A stretch of 40,354 nt of DNA, from IMG/VR virus record IMGVR_UViG_3300000756_000020, positions 1 through 40,354 of that record; one strand, 5' to 3'. Position 1 is the stretch's first letter, and each line of letters opens with the position of its first letter. The position numbers and the translations under genes were made by a program. The notes under the pieces are model-generated. The model saw only the letters and a list, made by a program, of their open reading frames with translations, did not search any database and was not told the origin of the DNA. Origin of the DNA: a virus (Duplodnaviria; Caudoviricetes). Below, piece by piece: positions 1 to 9,342 of this stretch.

Positions 1-2
1 CT

Positions 3-200
3 TTAATTCCAGATCTTGTTCGACCACCCCTACCTCAAGTAAGTCTATTCCCGCCACGATTTGGCTACCGAACTCGTGAGCTTGGTATTTTAGATGTAAT
101 GGATGTAAACAGCCAATTCCAACCAGAGCGTGTAGACTTTACTGGAGAAAAGGGTTCCTACACAGGAACAGCTCGTAATATGTCTGAAAGTATTTGGTAA
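3..200 (+). CDS. 3' end of hypothetical protein (truncated by window edge)
   Basis: Open frame LIPDLVRPPLPQ...MSESIW ending TAA at 198-200, overlapping the next ATG (TAATG). Confidence 0.7.
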   Translation, partial: LIPDLVRPPLPQVSLFPPRFGYRTRELGILDVMDVNSQFQPERVDFTGEKGSYTGTARNMSESIW

Positions 201-361
201 TGGAAGATATTAATACTGAGACTGTATACGAAGGTAGCACCCTTTGCCCAAAGTGTGGGCATTTCTTAACCCCACTTGAGGCTATCTATTCACATAGAGG
301 GCTATGCCCAGACTGTAGAAACGCTAAATATACATACCACGCTAAACGCGGTATGGCTTGA
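200..361 (+). CDS. 53-aa zinc-finger-like protein (not in ORF track)
   Basis: Manual translation MEDINTETVYEGSTLCPKCGHF...LCPDCRNAK...; two CxxC pairs; TAATG coupling. Confidence 0.7.
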   Translation: MEDINTETVYEGSTLCPKCGHFLTPLEAIYSHRGLCPDCRNAKYTYHAKRGMA

Positions 362-392
362 CATTCTAAGGAAATAGGGAGATAATTTATAT
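358..392 (+). promoter_or_regulatory. SigA-type promoter for a leaderless gene
   Basis: TTGACA (358-363), 17 nt spacer, GATAAT (381-386), ATG 6 nt later at 393. Confidence 0.65.
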
Positions 393-542
393 ATGAGTAA
401 ACTTAAAAACCCAGACGGCTCACCAGCTGCCTATAAGGTAAAACCTTTAAAGGTAAAGACTGCAGAGCAAAAGGCTCGAGAAGAAATGCTCAAAAAATCT
501 TCAAATAAGACAGGACCTAAAAAGAAAGCTGGTAAGAAGTAA
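393..542 (+). CDS. 49-aa Lys-rich protein (not in ORF track)
   Basis: MSKLKNPDGSPAAYKVKPLK...GPKKKAGKK; stop overlaps ATG at 542. Confidence 0.7.
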   Translation: MSKLKNPDGSPAAYKVKPLKVKTAEQKAREEMLKKSSNKTGPKKKAGKK

Positions 543-892
543 TGGGACTATTAAGTTATGTTCGTGACCGTAAGCAAGTAAAAGCTTCACGTGCTGGAGG
601 AGGATCAGATACTGTTGCGCAAATTACCGCAATGGCAAAGTCAGGCACACTTCGTGATGCAGGTCCAAAATCTACTCCTGTAGAAAAATTACAAAATCAT
701 TACGACCGTGAGGACGTTAAGTCTGAGGCTCAATATGGCTATTCAGGTCGTGCTGCATCTGGCGAACGCTTACCTAAAAAAGATGCTCAACGTAACGCAG
801 CAAAGAAATTAGATGACACTATTGATAAACAAAAGACAGACCCTAATTATAATAATGGTGTTCGGTCAGCAACCACTTGGGAGAAAAAATAA
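542..892 (+). CDS. hypothetical protein
   Basis: 116-aa ORF with TAATG coupling at both ends. Confidence 0.75.
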   Translation: MGLLSYVRDRKQVKASRAGGGSDTVAQITAMAKSGTLRDAGPKSTPVEKLQNHYDREDVKSEAQYGYSGRAASGERLPKKDAQRNAAKKLDDTIDKQKTDPNYNNGVRSATTWEKK

Positions 893-1173
893 TGGCCGTT
901 AACGAATCAGGATCACTTAATTCAAGCTTATCAGAAGGATCAACAGATGGCAAGTACCGCAAGGTACGCCCTAACACAACTGTTGCTTCAGGCACTGGTG
1001 ACGATATAACCTTAGCTAACCGTCGTGGACTACACCCATTCCAAAACTATGGGTTTATTGACCAAGAGACACCTAACAAAGTAGAGCCAGGCAAAATGGG
1101 CGCAAGCTCAAAGCCACGTTCTTCAATGCCTGTTGCAGACATTGAGAACAATCAAATGGGCGCAAGCTACTAA
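892..1173 (+). CDS. hypothetical protein
   Basis: Start moved to the coupled ATG at 892 (MAVNESGSLN...). Confidence 0.75.
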   Translation: MAVNESGSLNSSLSEGSTDGKYRKVRPNTTVASGTGDDITLANRRGLHPFQNYGFIDQETPNKVEPGKMGASSKPRSSMPVADIENNQMGASY

Positions 1174-1174
1174 G

Positions 1175-1516
1175 ATGGGTAAAAAGGGTTCTGCTAAACG
1201 TTATATGCAGCAGCGAAAAAATATTGCTGACGCAAAAACTAAATTAGTAGACCACGTTAAACAAACCTATATAGACCCTATTAAAAAAGATTTGGCTGCT
1301 CCCAGAGAACCTAGGGCTAAATTTGGTTCTTGGGAAGGCAAAGTATCTACCTATTTAGGTTTAGATCCAGCCTCAAATGAAGACGCTAGCATAGTTCAAT
1401 CGCCTCAAACACAGACACGACCTGAACATTTTGAGGTAGGCGTTACGGAACATCTACCAGATAATGTAGTTTCTATGGAAGATTTTATGGCAAAGAAAAA
1501 GGGCATCAATGAATAA
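1175..1516 (+). CDS. hypothetical protein
   Basis: ATG 1 nt after the upstream stop (MGKKGSAKRY...). Confidence 0.7.
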   Translation: MGKKGSAKRYMQQRKNIADAKTKLVDHVKQTYIDPIKKDLAAPREPRAKFGSWEGKVSTYLGLDPASNEDASIVQSPQTQTRPEHFEVGVTEHLPDNVVSMEDFMAKKKGINE

Positions 1517-1688
1517 AGATGGAAGAAACGCTTCATTTCGCCGTACAGGAATTGTTTCCGCTGAAGAAATTACAAAAAATATAAAAGCTAGTGGCGTTAA
1601 AGATGACGATGAAACCACAGGTACTACTGGTATTCGTGATAACAAAGAACTACGAAAGAACGCAGAGAATCTACGCAAAGGTAAATAA
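1509..1688 (+). CDS. 59-aa hypothetical protein (not in ORF track)
   Basis: MNKDGRNASFRRTG...LRKGK fills the gap between neighbours on the same strand. Confidence 0.65.
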   Translation: MNKDGRNASFRRTGIVSAEEITKNIKASGVKDDDETTGTTGIRDNKELRKNAENLRKGK

Positions 1689-1690
1689 CC

Positions 1691-2470
1691 ATGGCGAAAG
1701 ACGATCTTAATTTAGAAAATAGTACTACTACAAATAATCCTGAGAACAAAGAGTCTACTGTTGTAGACAAGATGACTGGTGATTATGTTATACCGCCATT
1801 TCAAAGCTTACAAAACTATAAAGATGTCGGTAAAAATACTGATCCACAGGTATGTAAGGTAGGGCGTCAACGTCACCCAGCAAACATTCGTGTAAAATTT
1901 GACGGTGAATCTGAGCACAGAAACTATTGTAATGTTCACTGGGCACGGGAAAACTTCGATCCTGAGTCACATGGTACCCCTATGATCATAGGGAATGATC
2001 CAGCAGTCAATAGTGACATTCGTGCATCTGACGCAATTGCCGCAGCTCTTGCACGTGCTAACGCCGCAAAAGATATCCATGAGAGCGGTGGGACTGCGCC
2101 AATTGTACAAAGTCGTGGCCGTCCAGTACGTGGAGAAACTAAACTTACAGATGCTACTTTAACTGATAAAAGAAAAGTAACTGGTAAGGATAAAACTCTT
2201 CAAGAGCAGGCCGATGCAATATTAAACTCAAATCCTGTTGAAGATACTATTAATCTTGCTGCCGAATCAGGTGGGCGCAATCAAGGCCCAGAACATGATT
2301 CTAAAGTTGATATTGCCCACAAAGCAGTCTTACACGGAGTAAAAATTGGTGGAGGAAAGCTAGAAATGTCTGGATATCATTACATGGCTAATAAATTAGG
2401 TATGACAGATGAAGGTGAACGTTTAAAGTATCTTGACTGGGGCATGGGCCGGGCTGCCCGAGGCGATTAG
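1691..2470 (+). CDS. hypothetical protein
   Basis: 259-aa ORF within the operon. Confidence 0.75.
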   Translation: MAKDDLNLENSTTTNNPENKESTVVDKMTGDYVIPPFQSLQNYKDVGKNTDPQVCKVGRQRHPANIRVKFDGESEHRNYCNVHWARENFDPESHGTPMIIGNDPAVNSDIRASDAIAAALARANAAKDIHESGGTAPIVQSRGRPVRGETKLTDATLTDKRKVTGKDKTLQEQADAILNSNPVEDTINLAAESGGRNQGPEHDSKVDIAHKAVLHGVKIGGGKLEMSGYHYMANKLGMTDEGERLKYLDWGMGRAARGD

Positions 2471-2525
2471 CACTTGCGGAGATTATCCGCTATAATTATA
2501 ACAGAAGACAATTTGGAGGAGCTAT

Positions 2526-3107
2526 ATGACTATCCCTATTTTAGGTGGCGGCGCACAGCCTGCTGACGAGGGAACTTACACAGAAATCAAAGATGAAGGT
2601 CCTAAGATTCGCCTGCTTTATTGTTACAATTGTAAGAGCATTGAAGAGTTACCAGATTTTGAGGGTCACCCTGATGACGATGTAACACTTCAAGTGTTGG
2701 TAGACCGCCATGAGTCTGCTGGAATTAAACACACTGGGTTTTTATCTAGCATTGGTGTAAAACTATACTCTCGTCCTGAGGTACGTAAGCAAGTCATTGA
2801 AAACCTACGCAATAAGGTAGGCGGTGGACTTGCTGATATTGACCCAGATTACTACACTACTAAAGCAACATTTTTTGATGATGCGATGAAGTGTTTTAAC
2901 CTGCATTTGCGACCTGTAGAAGGATGCTATGACTGGAAAATTGAGGGCAAACGACTTATACCTAAGAGCACAGCAGAGGCAAGAAAAGAATTAGGTTTAG
3001 AGACTGCAGCAAAATCAGGTGGCACAAAAGTATACTTGTGCGACTTTTGCCCAGCAAAAACCTATGTGGTAGAACAAAATCGTAAAAAATTAGGCCTATA
3101 CGAATAG
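2526..3107 (+). CDS. putative metal-binding phage protein
   Basis: GGAGGA RBS; CYNC and CDFC motifs plus CxxxH and C. Confidence 0.75.
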   Translation: MTIPILGGGAQPADEGTYTEIKDEGPKIRLLYCYNCKSIEELPDFEGHPDDDVTLQVLVDRHESAGIKHTGFLSSIGVKLYSRPEVRKQVIENLRNKVGGGLADIDPDYYTTKATFFDDAMKCFNLHLRPVEGCYDWKIEGKRLIPKSTAEARKELGLETAAKSGGTKVYLCDFCPAKTYVVEQNRKKLGLYE

Positions 3108-3114
3108 AGGAAAC

Positions 3115-3408
3115 ATGTCAAAAGAAACAACACCACAAGACGAAACAACACCAGCAATCCCAGAACTTGCGTTTGGCTTTGCAGTAGTTGTTGACAAGGG
3201 CGGAAATGTATTTGTAGAGCGTAATACATCTGTTCTAGCAATTCCGGTAGAGCGCGAGGCTACACTTCTAGAAGTGCGCCGATATGTCTCAGAAATCCTA
3301 ATTGATCTACAAGCGCAGTCCGCTGCAGAATACGTAGCAATTAAGCTTTCTGGCATGAAGCCAGAGGTAGACTCAGCAAATCAGGGAGATTCAACAGCAT
3401 CTAAGTAA
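3115..3408 (+). CDS. hypothetical protein
   Basis: GAGGA RBS; 97 aa. Confidence 0.75.
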   Translation: MSKETTPQDETTPAIPELAFGFAVVVDKGGNVFVERNTSVLAIPVEREATLLEVRRYVSEILIDLQAQSAAEYVAIKLSGMKPEVDSANQGDSTASK

Positions 3409-3462
3409 ATTTATATGCTTCAAGCCGAGACGTAAGCACGACTAGGATGAAAGAATAGGCGT

Positions 3463-4380
3463 ATGAATTTTGAAAACTTTGACTATGAGGCCCCGGAGAT
3501 CACTCCGGGGTCTACTTCCTATTTTAGTGAGCCGTCTTCAGAATTAGATCCAAAGTTATTTCAAGAACAGCAGCTTCTACCTTGGGTACGTACTGGCGTA
3601 CTCTCTATGCTCTTTGACTACTTAGGTAAAAACTACACCAGTCCAAACACCTGGACACATGTTTGGTTAGCTGGTTCCGGTGTATCTTACCAATGGGCAG
3701 CCGCAAGACAGCCAGGTGACCTTGATTGTTTAATTGGTATCGACTACATTAAGTTTAGACAGGACAATCCAGAATTTGCTGGGTATTCCGATAAAGAAAT
3801 TGCACAGACATTTAATGAAGGATTTAGTGCTGAGCTCATGCCTAACACCCGTAACTGGGAAGGATATGAACTAACGTATTATGTAAATCCACAGTCAAAT
3901 ATTAAAGACATCAACCCATATGCTGCCTATGATCTTACAACAGACTCATGGACAGTTAAGCCTGATGTGAACCCACAACCTCCTTACAGTCGTGCTTGGG
4001 AACAAAGAACTCTTCGTGATGAGGCTAATGCAAAAGAGTTAATAAATCGCTACTCTTCAGCGTTATCCGAAGTACGTAACGCAACTAACCCTGCACATCG
4101 TCGCAATGCAGAAACAAAAATGCAACTAGCTGCAGAACAGGCTATTGCTCATTTTGATGATATTCACGGTGGTAGAAAAATAGCGTTTAGTGCAATCGGT
4201 TCAGGGTATTCTGATTTTAATAACTATCGTTGGCAAGCTGGTAAACGTTCTGGTGTAATACAGGCATTGAAGACTATCAAAGACCATAAAGCAGACCAGG
4301 ATGCGGGTTTACAAAAGAACGTATATGGTGTAGAATTACCTGACGCCTCCACATTGATTCGTAGAACCTTGCGTGGCTAA
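3463..4380 (+). CDS. Pol-beta-superfamily nucleotidyltransferase
   Basis: WLAGSGVSYQW...PGDLDCLIG matches the hG[GS]x9-13DhD signature, with a plausible third carboxylate in YELTYY. Confidence 0.75.
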   Translation: MNFENFDYEAPEITPGSTSYFSEPSSELDPKLFQEQQLLPWVRTGVLSMLFDYLGKNYTSPNTWTHVWLAGSGVSYQWAAARQPGDLDCLIGIDYIKFRQDNPEFAGYSDKEIAQTFNEGFSAELMPNTRNWEGYELTYYVNPQSNIKDINPYAAYDLTTDSWTVKPDVNPQPPYSRAWEQRTLRDEANAKELINRYSSALSEVRNATNPAHRRNAETKMQLAAEQAIAHFDDIHGGRKIAFSAIGSGYSDFNNYRWQAGKRSGVIQALKTIKDHKADQDAGLQKNVYGVELPDASTLIRRTLRG

Positions 4381-4474
4381 TTGTATATTGTGTAAACACC
4401 GAATGGATTTCAGTGTGTGTGAGATAGATGATTGTAAATGTATTTGCGCAAGACAAGGAACCCCGGAGGATTAA
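4373..4474 (+). CDS. 33-aa Cys-rich micro-protein (not in ORF track)
   Basis: GTG start; MANCILCKHRMDFSVCEIDDCKCICARQGTPED fills the NTase-HAD gap. Confidence 0.5.
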   Translation: MANCILCKHRMDFSVCEIDDCKCICARQGTPED

Positions 4475-4477
4475 AAA

Positions 4478-4942
4478 TTGGCTACAGCACTTATTGCATT
4501 AGAAGGCGTATTAAAAACTGAAACTGGGGATCCAATCCCAGAGGGTGTAAAACTATATAGAATTCTCTCAGAACATTATAGAGTTGTTATTGCCTCAGAT
4601 CTTACATATGATCAAACAGAGCACTGGTTACGTGCCAACCTAATTATTGGCTACGGCGATATCTATGATGATAGATACTTCTTTGAGGGCCAAGATTTAA
4701 GATCTCGCCAGCTATCTATAGCTAGATCCAAAGGACGCGTCGAGCTCTTTGTAGATCCAGATGCAGACCGATGTGCAGAGGCATTATCTTTGGGAGTGCC
4801 TGTAATTATGTTTGCCTCACCTAGATTTGTACGCACATCGCGTAAAGTAAAGCCATGGGATGATCTAAAAAGTGAGGTAGAAAAACAAAAGCTAGCTCTT
4901 CTAGACGCCCACCTCGGAAGTAGGGTTAACCGCTACGAATGA
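4478..4942 (+). CDS. HAD-fold protein with degenerate catalytic motif
   Basis: ALIALEGVL at the DxDGVL position; VVIAS as motif II; LFVDPD as motif IV; GGAGGA RBS and TTG start. Confidence 0.6.
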   Translation: MATALIALEGVLKTETGDPIPEGVKLYRILSEHYRVVIASDLTYDQTEHWLRANLIIGYGDIYDDRYFFEGQDLRSRQLSIARSKGRVELFVDPDADRCAEALSLGVPVIMFASPRFVRTSRKVKPWDDLKSEVEKQKLALLDAHLGSRVNRYE

Positions 4943-6408
4943 ACATAGTCTTCATGGGCGGAGAGGTACCCTCACACAGAAACCTTCTGGCAGCTGCCGG
5001 AGCTAAACACATCAGCATTAACTACTTCAGACTAGTAAAGCGCGGTCTCCCAAAGACCAAAGACTATTTATTATCTGAACGTTTCCCGGATGACATCAAG
5101 ATCTACATAGATGGTGGCGGGCATCAGATCAATGATCTGAACATGACAGAACGTGAGATTGAAGAATACACCGCCTCTTACCAGGATTGGCTTGTTCTCA
5201 ATGAGGATAGGATTACCCTAGCCACAGAAGTAGATGCTAGAGTCATGGGACAAAACTGGATCAATCATCAACGTCGCACCTTTGGTGAGGACTTTGGCTT
5301 AGATAAATTTTCAGTTGTTTGGCATCAAGAACTAGGGCACACTGCATTGTTTGGGCTTGCTGAGCGATACAAGAACGTTGGCCTACTTGGAGAGTCACTA
5401 GAGGATGATACGAGCCTCTCAGCCCGCTCCAGGGCCTTGTTAAGCCAGTTCCCTGACCTTCAGTTCCACGGCATAGCATGCGCTAAGCCAGACAACCTAC
5501 GACAGGTACCATTGGCTACAGCAAGTTCATTATCTTGGTTAAGTCCAATGATGAGAGGTGAGACAATTGTCTGGGATGGCACTAGACTGGTCCGCTATCA
5601 GAAGAAGCAGAAAGATCAAGCTCGTCCTCGCTACAAGGCGATCATCGAGAGGGCCGGACTAGACTTCGATAAGATTATTAATGATGATAGTAACGAGGTA
5701 ACTCGCCTCGCTATTTGGTCCTACCTGCAGCTGGAGAATTCGTTGAATAAAAAATACTCACAAGAGAAGTTATCTGATAACAGTGATGAATCGGATAGCG
5801 CAGGTTCTGCGGAAACTAGGGGGTTGGCACCTGATAACAGGAGTATAGAGGTGCGGAAAGATTTCAAGCCTAGAGACCCTGAAGAGATCAGAACTTTGCC
5901 GGTTTTTGGAGTTACAAGCAAAACAATTATTGAGAAAGATGGCACTGGAAGAGACGTAATTAGGGATGCCCCGGTCTTAACAAGTACCACTACTTCCTTC
6001 CGTCAATGCAATACTTGCTTCGTTGCGAGCAACTGCCCTGCGTTCAAACCTAACAATTCTTGTGCGTTTAATCTACCGGTTGAGATTAATACCAAAGAAC
6101 AACTAAAGGGATTATTGAACGCAATTATCGAAATGCAGGCCGCTAGAGTAGGTTTTGCTAGATTTGCAGAAGAATTAAACGGCGGGTACCCCGATCCTAA
6201 CACTGGTCAAGAGATTGACAGACTCTTTAAGATCATAGGAGAAGTTAAAAAATTAGAAGAGAATAAAGAGTTCGTCCGGATGACCGTGGAGCGTCAAACC
6301 TCTGGGGGAGTCTTATCCCAACTCTTTGGAGAGCGTGCAAGAGTCCCGGAAATTGGACTTACTGAGGCAGAATCCAGTAGAATCATTAGTGACAATTTAG
6401 AAGGCTAG
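4939..6408 (+). CDS. tRNA-guanine-transglycosylase (TGT/DpdA)-like barrel fused to a 4-Cys domain and helical tail
   Basis: IYIDGGG, EVD, VVWH, FHGIA, ASSLSW follow the order of the DSGAF, D, PVWH, HGFG, DSSSW motifs of phage TGT-like proteins; CNTC-x5-C-x8-C after a low-complexity linker. Confidence 0.55.
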   Translation: MNIVFMGGEVPSHRNLLAAAGAKHISINYFRLVKRGLPKTKDYLLSERFPDDIKIYIDGGGHQINDLNMTEREIEEYTASYQDWLVLNEDRITLATEVDARVMGQNWINHQRRTFGEDFGLDKFSVVWHQELGHTALFGLAERYKNVGLLGESLEDDTSLSARSRALLSQFPDLQFHGIACAKPDNLRQVPLATASSLSWLSPMMRGETIVWDGTRLVRYQKKQKDQARPRYKAIIERAGLDFDKIINDDSNEVTRLAIWSYLQLENSLNKKYSQEKLSDNSDESDSAGSAETRGLAPDNRSIEVRKDFKPRDPEEIRTLPVFGVTSKTIIEKDGTGRDVIRDAPVLTSTTTSFRQCNTCFVASNCPAFKPNNSCAFNLPVEINTKEQLKGLLNAIIEMQAARVGFARFAEELNGGYPDPNTGQEIDRLFKIIGEVKKLEENKEFVRMTVERQTSGGVLSQLFGERARVPEIGLTEAESSRIISDNLEG

Positions 6409-6450
6409 TACCTGATAACAGTAACCAATTAACAGAAAAGAGAGAGTATC

Positions 6451-8499
6451 TTGTTTTCATTCAAGTTGACAGAAGAATACGTAAATTCATATCGGGGAAA
6501 GCCAGTTCCATGGGGGTATAAAGATGCTGCCGGCAATGCAGTAGGTGAGATTATTTTTCTTAGAACCTACTCTCGTCTTAAAGAGGATGGGACCAAGGAG
6601 ACTTGGGTAGATGTATGTGAGCGTGTAATCAACGGCATGTATTCCCTACAAAAGGACCACGCTAAATCTCAACGTCTTCCTTGGTCAGACTCAAAAGCCG
6701 CTGCTTCAGCCAAAGAGGCATTTGATCGCCTATTCCAATTAAAGTGGACACCACCTGGCCGTGGACTTTGGATGATGGGAACACCCCTCATTAACATTCA
6801 GAGAAACTCTGCAGCACTTCAGAATTGTTCTTTTGTATCTACAAACTCAATGACCAAGCTCGATCCAGCTAAACCATTTGCCTTCCTAATGGAGGCCTCT
6901 ATGCTGGGAGTGGGCGTTGGCTTTGACGACAAGGGCGCCGATAAAGAATTTACAATCTACGAACCACAGAAAGGGGAAGAATATGTCATCCCAGACACCC
7001 GAGAAGGATGGGTCGAATCCACATCCGCTCTCATCAATGCTTACCTACGACCAGATACAAAGGCTCCAGTATTTCGTTACGAAGAAATTAGACCAGAAGG
7101 CACGCCAATCAAAACCTTCGGAGGAACAGCCGCAGGAGCCGACCCACTAATCAAACTACACAACTATGTCTCTAAGATCTTTGATGGACGTGCAGGAGAA
7201 AAACTAACACGCCGCGACATTGCAGATCTTGGTAATCTTATTGGTGTATGTGTAGTATCCGGTAACGTACGCCGCTCAGCTGAGCTACTAATTGGCCGTA
7301 TTGAAGACGATGAGTTTCTCAACTTAAAGAATGCTTCAGTATTTCCAGAGCGCAATAGCTACGATCCGGCAGCTCCAGGTTGGGGTTGGATGTCAAACAA
7401 CTCAGTTGAAGCCAGTGTAGGTACAGATCTCTCTAAGATCATTGACGGCATTGCCCGTAACGGTGAGCCTGGAGTAGTCTGGATGGATGTAACCCGTAAG
7501 TACGGAAGACTAGCAGATCCGGAAAACAACAAAGACTGGCGTGCAGCAGGATACAATCCTTGCGCAGAACAATCATTGGAATCAATGGAGTGCTGTACTT
7601 TGGTAGAAACCTATCTCAATCGTCACGAGAACTTAGATGATTACAAACGCACTCTCAAGTTTGCCTATCTCTATGCCAAGACTGTAACTCTTCTGCCAAC
7701 CCACTGGGAAGAAACTAACGCAATCATGCAGCGCAACCGCCGTATTGGTACTTCTATGTCAGGTGTTGCAAACTTTGCAGACCTACGTGGGTTGCCGGTA
7801 TTGCGTAACTGGATGGATGAGGGGTACAAAACTGTTCAATCATACGATAAGTCTTACTCAGAGTGGTTAGGTATCCGCGAGTCGATCAAAACTACAACGG
7901 TAAAGCCTTCCGGCACTGTATCTATTTTGGCAGGGGAGTCACCTGGAGTACATTGGACACCAGGCGGTAAGTATTTCCTTAGAACTATTCGCTTTGGGAA
8001 TAGCGATCCAATGTTGCCGCTCTTTAAGATGGCAAACTACCGGGTAGAGCCTGCATCTGAATCGCCAGCTACAACATCGGTGGTATTCTTTCCCGTGAAG
8101 TCTAACTCTCTAAGATCAGAGAGAGAAGTATCTATCTATGAAAAGATGGCACTTGCAGCTACAGCTCAACGCTATTGGTCAGACAATTCTGTGTCTGTCA
8201 CTATTAGTTTTGACCCTGAGAGTGAAGCAAAGGCTATTGGAACTGCGCTCCATATGTACGACGGACAGTTAAAAACTGTGTCATTCTTGCCCATGGATCC
8301 AACCAGTTACCCACAAATGCCTTACACTCAAAGTACTGAAGAAGAGTATGAAGGCGGAAAAATGACACTATTCCCTATTGACTTTACAGGAGTTTATGAG
8401 GGATTAGGTACAGAGGCAATTGGTGAAGCCTACTGCACCACAGACGCATGCGAAGTAAAACTAATTAGAGACAACACTCAAGGAGAAACCAATGACTGA
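6451..8499 (+). CDS. nrdJ: adenosylcobalamin-dependent (class II) ribonucleotide reductase
   Basis: PPGRGLW, LQNC, GNVRRSA, NPCAEQ active-site loop, TTVKPSGTVS and C-terminal CTTDAC. Confidence 0.95.
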   Translation: MFSFKLTEEYVNSYRGKPVPWGYKDAAGNAVGEIIFLRTYSRLKEDGTKETWVDVCERVINGMYSLQKDHAKSQRLPWSDSKAAASAKEAFDRLFQLKWTPPGRGLWMMGTPLINIQRNSAALQNCSFVSTNSMTKLDPAKPFAFLMEASMLGVGVGFDDKGADKEFTIYEPQKGEEYVIPDTREGWVESTSALINAYLRPDTKAPVFRYEEIRPEGTPIKTFGGTAAGADPLIKLHNYVSKIFDGRAGEKLTRRDIADLGNLIGVCVVSGNVRRSAELLIGRIEDDEFLNLKNASVFPERNSYDPAAPGWGWMSNNSVEASVGTDLSKIIDGIARNGEPGVVWMDVTRKYGRLADPENNKDWRAAGYNPCAEQSLESMECCTLVETYLNRHENLDDYKRTLKFAYLYAKTVTLLPTHWEETNAIMQRNRRIGTSMSGVANFADLRGLPVLRNWMDEGYKTVQSYDKSYSEWLGIRESIKTTTVKPSGTVSILAGESPGVHWTPGGKYFLRTIRFGNSDPMLPLFKMANYRVEPASESPATTSVVFFPVKSNSLRSEREVSIYEKMALAATAQRYWSDNSVSVTISFDPESEAKAIGTALHMYDGQLKTVSFLPMDPTSYPQMPYTQSTEEEYEGGKMTLFPIDFTGVYEGLGTEAIGEAYCTTDACEVKLIRDNTQGETND

Positions 8500-8638
8500 A
8501 TATGAAATCAATCCAGACCTGTTTGATGAAGACTTTGAAGAGGACATGGAAGACGGATTCGAAGACTTTGACTTCGATGAAGATGAGTTAGATGAGTTGG
8601 AAAATGACATCTCAGAAGATGATGATCTAGAAGGCTAG
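8492..8638 (+). CDS. 48-aa hyper-acidic protein (not in ORF track)
   Basis: AGGAG RBS; MTEYEINPDLFDEDFEEDMEDGFEDFDFDEDELDELENDISEDDDLEG. Confidence 0.75.
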   Translation: MTEYEINPDLFDEDFEEDMEDGFEDFDFDEDELDELENDISEDDDLEG

Positions 8639-8664
8639 ACTTACCGCCCGCCCAACACAAACAT

Positions 8665-8698
8665 TTGGCCCCGACTCAATTAAGAGCCGGGGCCATTT
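8665..8698. terminator. hairpin between convergent blocks
   Basis: TGGCCCCGACTC-AATTAA-GAGCCGGGGCCA flanked by ATTT on both sides. Confidence 0.75.
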
Positions 8699-8706
8699 GC
8701 TTGCGG

Positions 8707-8919
8707 TCAGTCTGCTAGCAGCTTACCTGTCGGGGATCTAAGGTCATAGAACTGTAAATCAGAATCATTTACACGCTCACTGACATCATCCAGATCATCT
8801 GAATATATAAGCCCCGTCATTAAGTTTTCGTATATGTCTTCAGCATCGAGATCATTTTCTGCTGTGAAACTAAGTTCACCATTTCTTTCAGAAGAAAACA
8901 TTACTGTGTATTTAGGCAT
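8707..8919 (-). CDS. small acidic hypothetical protein
   Basis: 70 aa; GGAG RBS. Confidence 0.7.
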   Translation of the reverse strand: MPKYTVMFSSERNGELSFTAENDLDAEDIYENLMTGLIYSDDLDDVSERVNDSDLQFYDLRSPTGKLLAD

Positions 8920-9044
8920 TAACTTTCTCCCTCTGTAGGTTTACATTGGCAGTTTTCGCAATCACAGCCTCCTGGATTGCCTTCATTAAGTTCTTTCATT
9001 AAGTCATTGATTGTTTTAAATGGACCAACTGTTTCCATATCCAT
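8919..9044 (-). CDS. 41-aa Cys-containing micro-protein (not in ORF track)
   Basis: MDMETVGPFK...GCDCENCQCKPTEGES; coupled to both neighbours. Confidence 0.55.
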   Translation of the reverse strand: MDMETVGPFKTINDLMKELNEGNPGGCDCENCQCKPTEGES

Positions 9045-9331
9045 CATGACTCCCTCTTGAATGTAACCGCCCCTGCAAATACAACAGGCTTTTGCTTGAT
9101 GTCTAGTTCAGAGCCAGGTAACATCTTTACAGACTTACGTGTGGTGGTTGCTAAAAGCACCTCTTTGATCCATCGTTTTGCGGCCGAAGCATTAGCCCAT
9201 GCTGCTTGGTATGAATCGTATGGTACATCTATGCCTTCATCAGTTAGCACAATAGTTGCCAACCATGCCCCACCTTTTGTTTGGTTCTTAACGATACTCG
9301 CACTGAATAAACTACTTACTTTTTTAGCCAT
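9044..9331 (-). CDS. hypothetical protein
   Basis: 95 aa; AGGAG RBS. Confidence 0.75.
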   Translation of the reverse strand: MAKKVSSLFSASIVKNQTKGGAWLATIVLTDEGIDVPYDSYQAAWANASAAKRWIKEVLLATTTRKSVKMLPGSELDIKQKPVVFAGAVTFKRES

Positions 9332-9342
9332 TTATTTGCTCC

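Noticed and set aside
6409-6450. Cobalamin riboswitch or NrdR box before nrdJ
   Set aside because: Only 42 nt of intergenic space and no consensus match.
6397-8638. Identical TAGAAGGCTAG (LEG-stop) ending both the TGT-like gene and the acidic peptide, flanking nrdJ
   Set aside because: An 11-nt match in two copies is within chance, and nothing else supports a target-site duplication or shared C-terminal tag.
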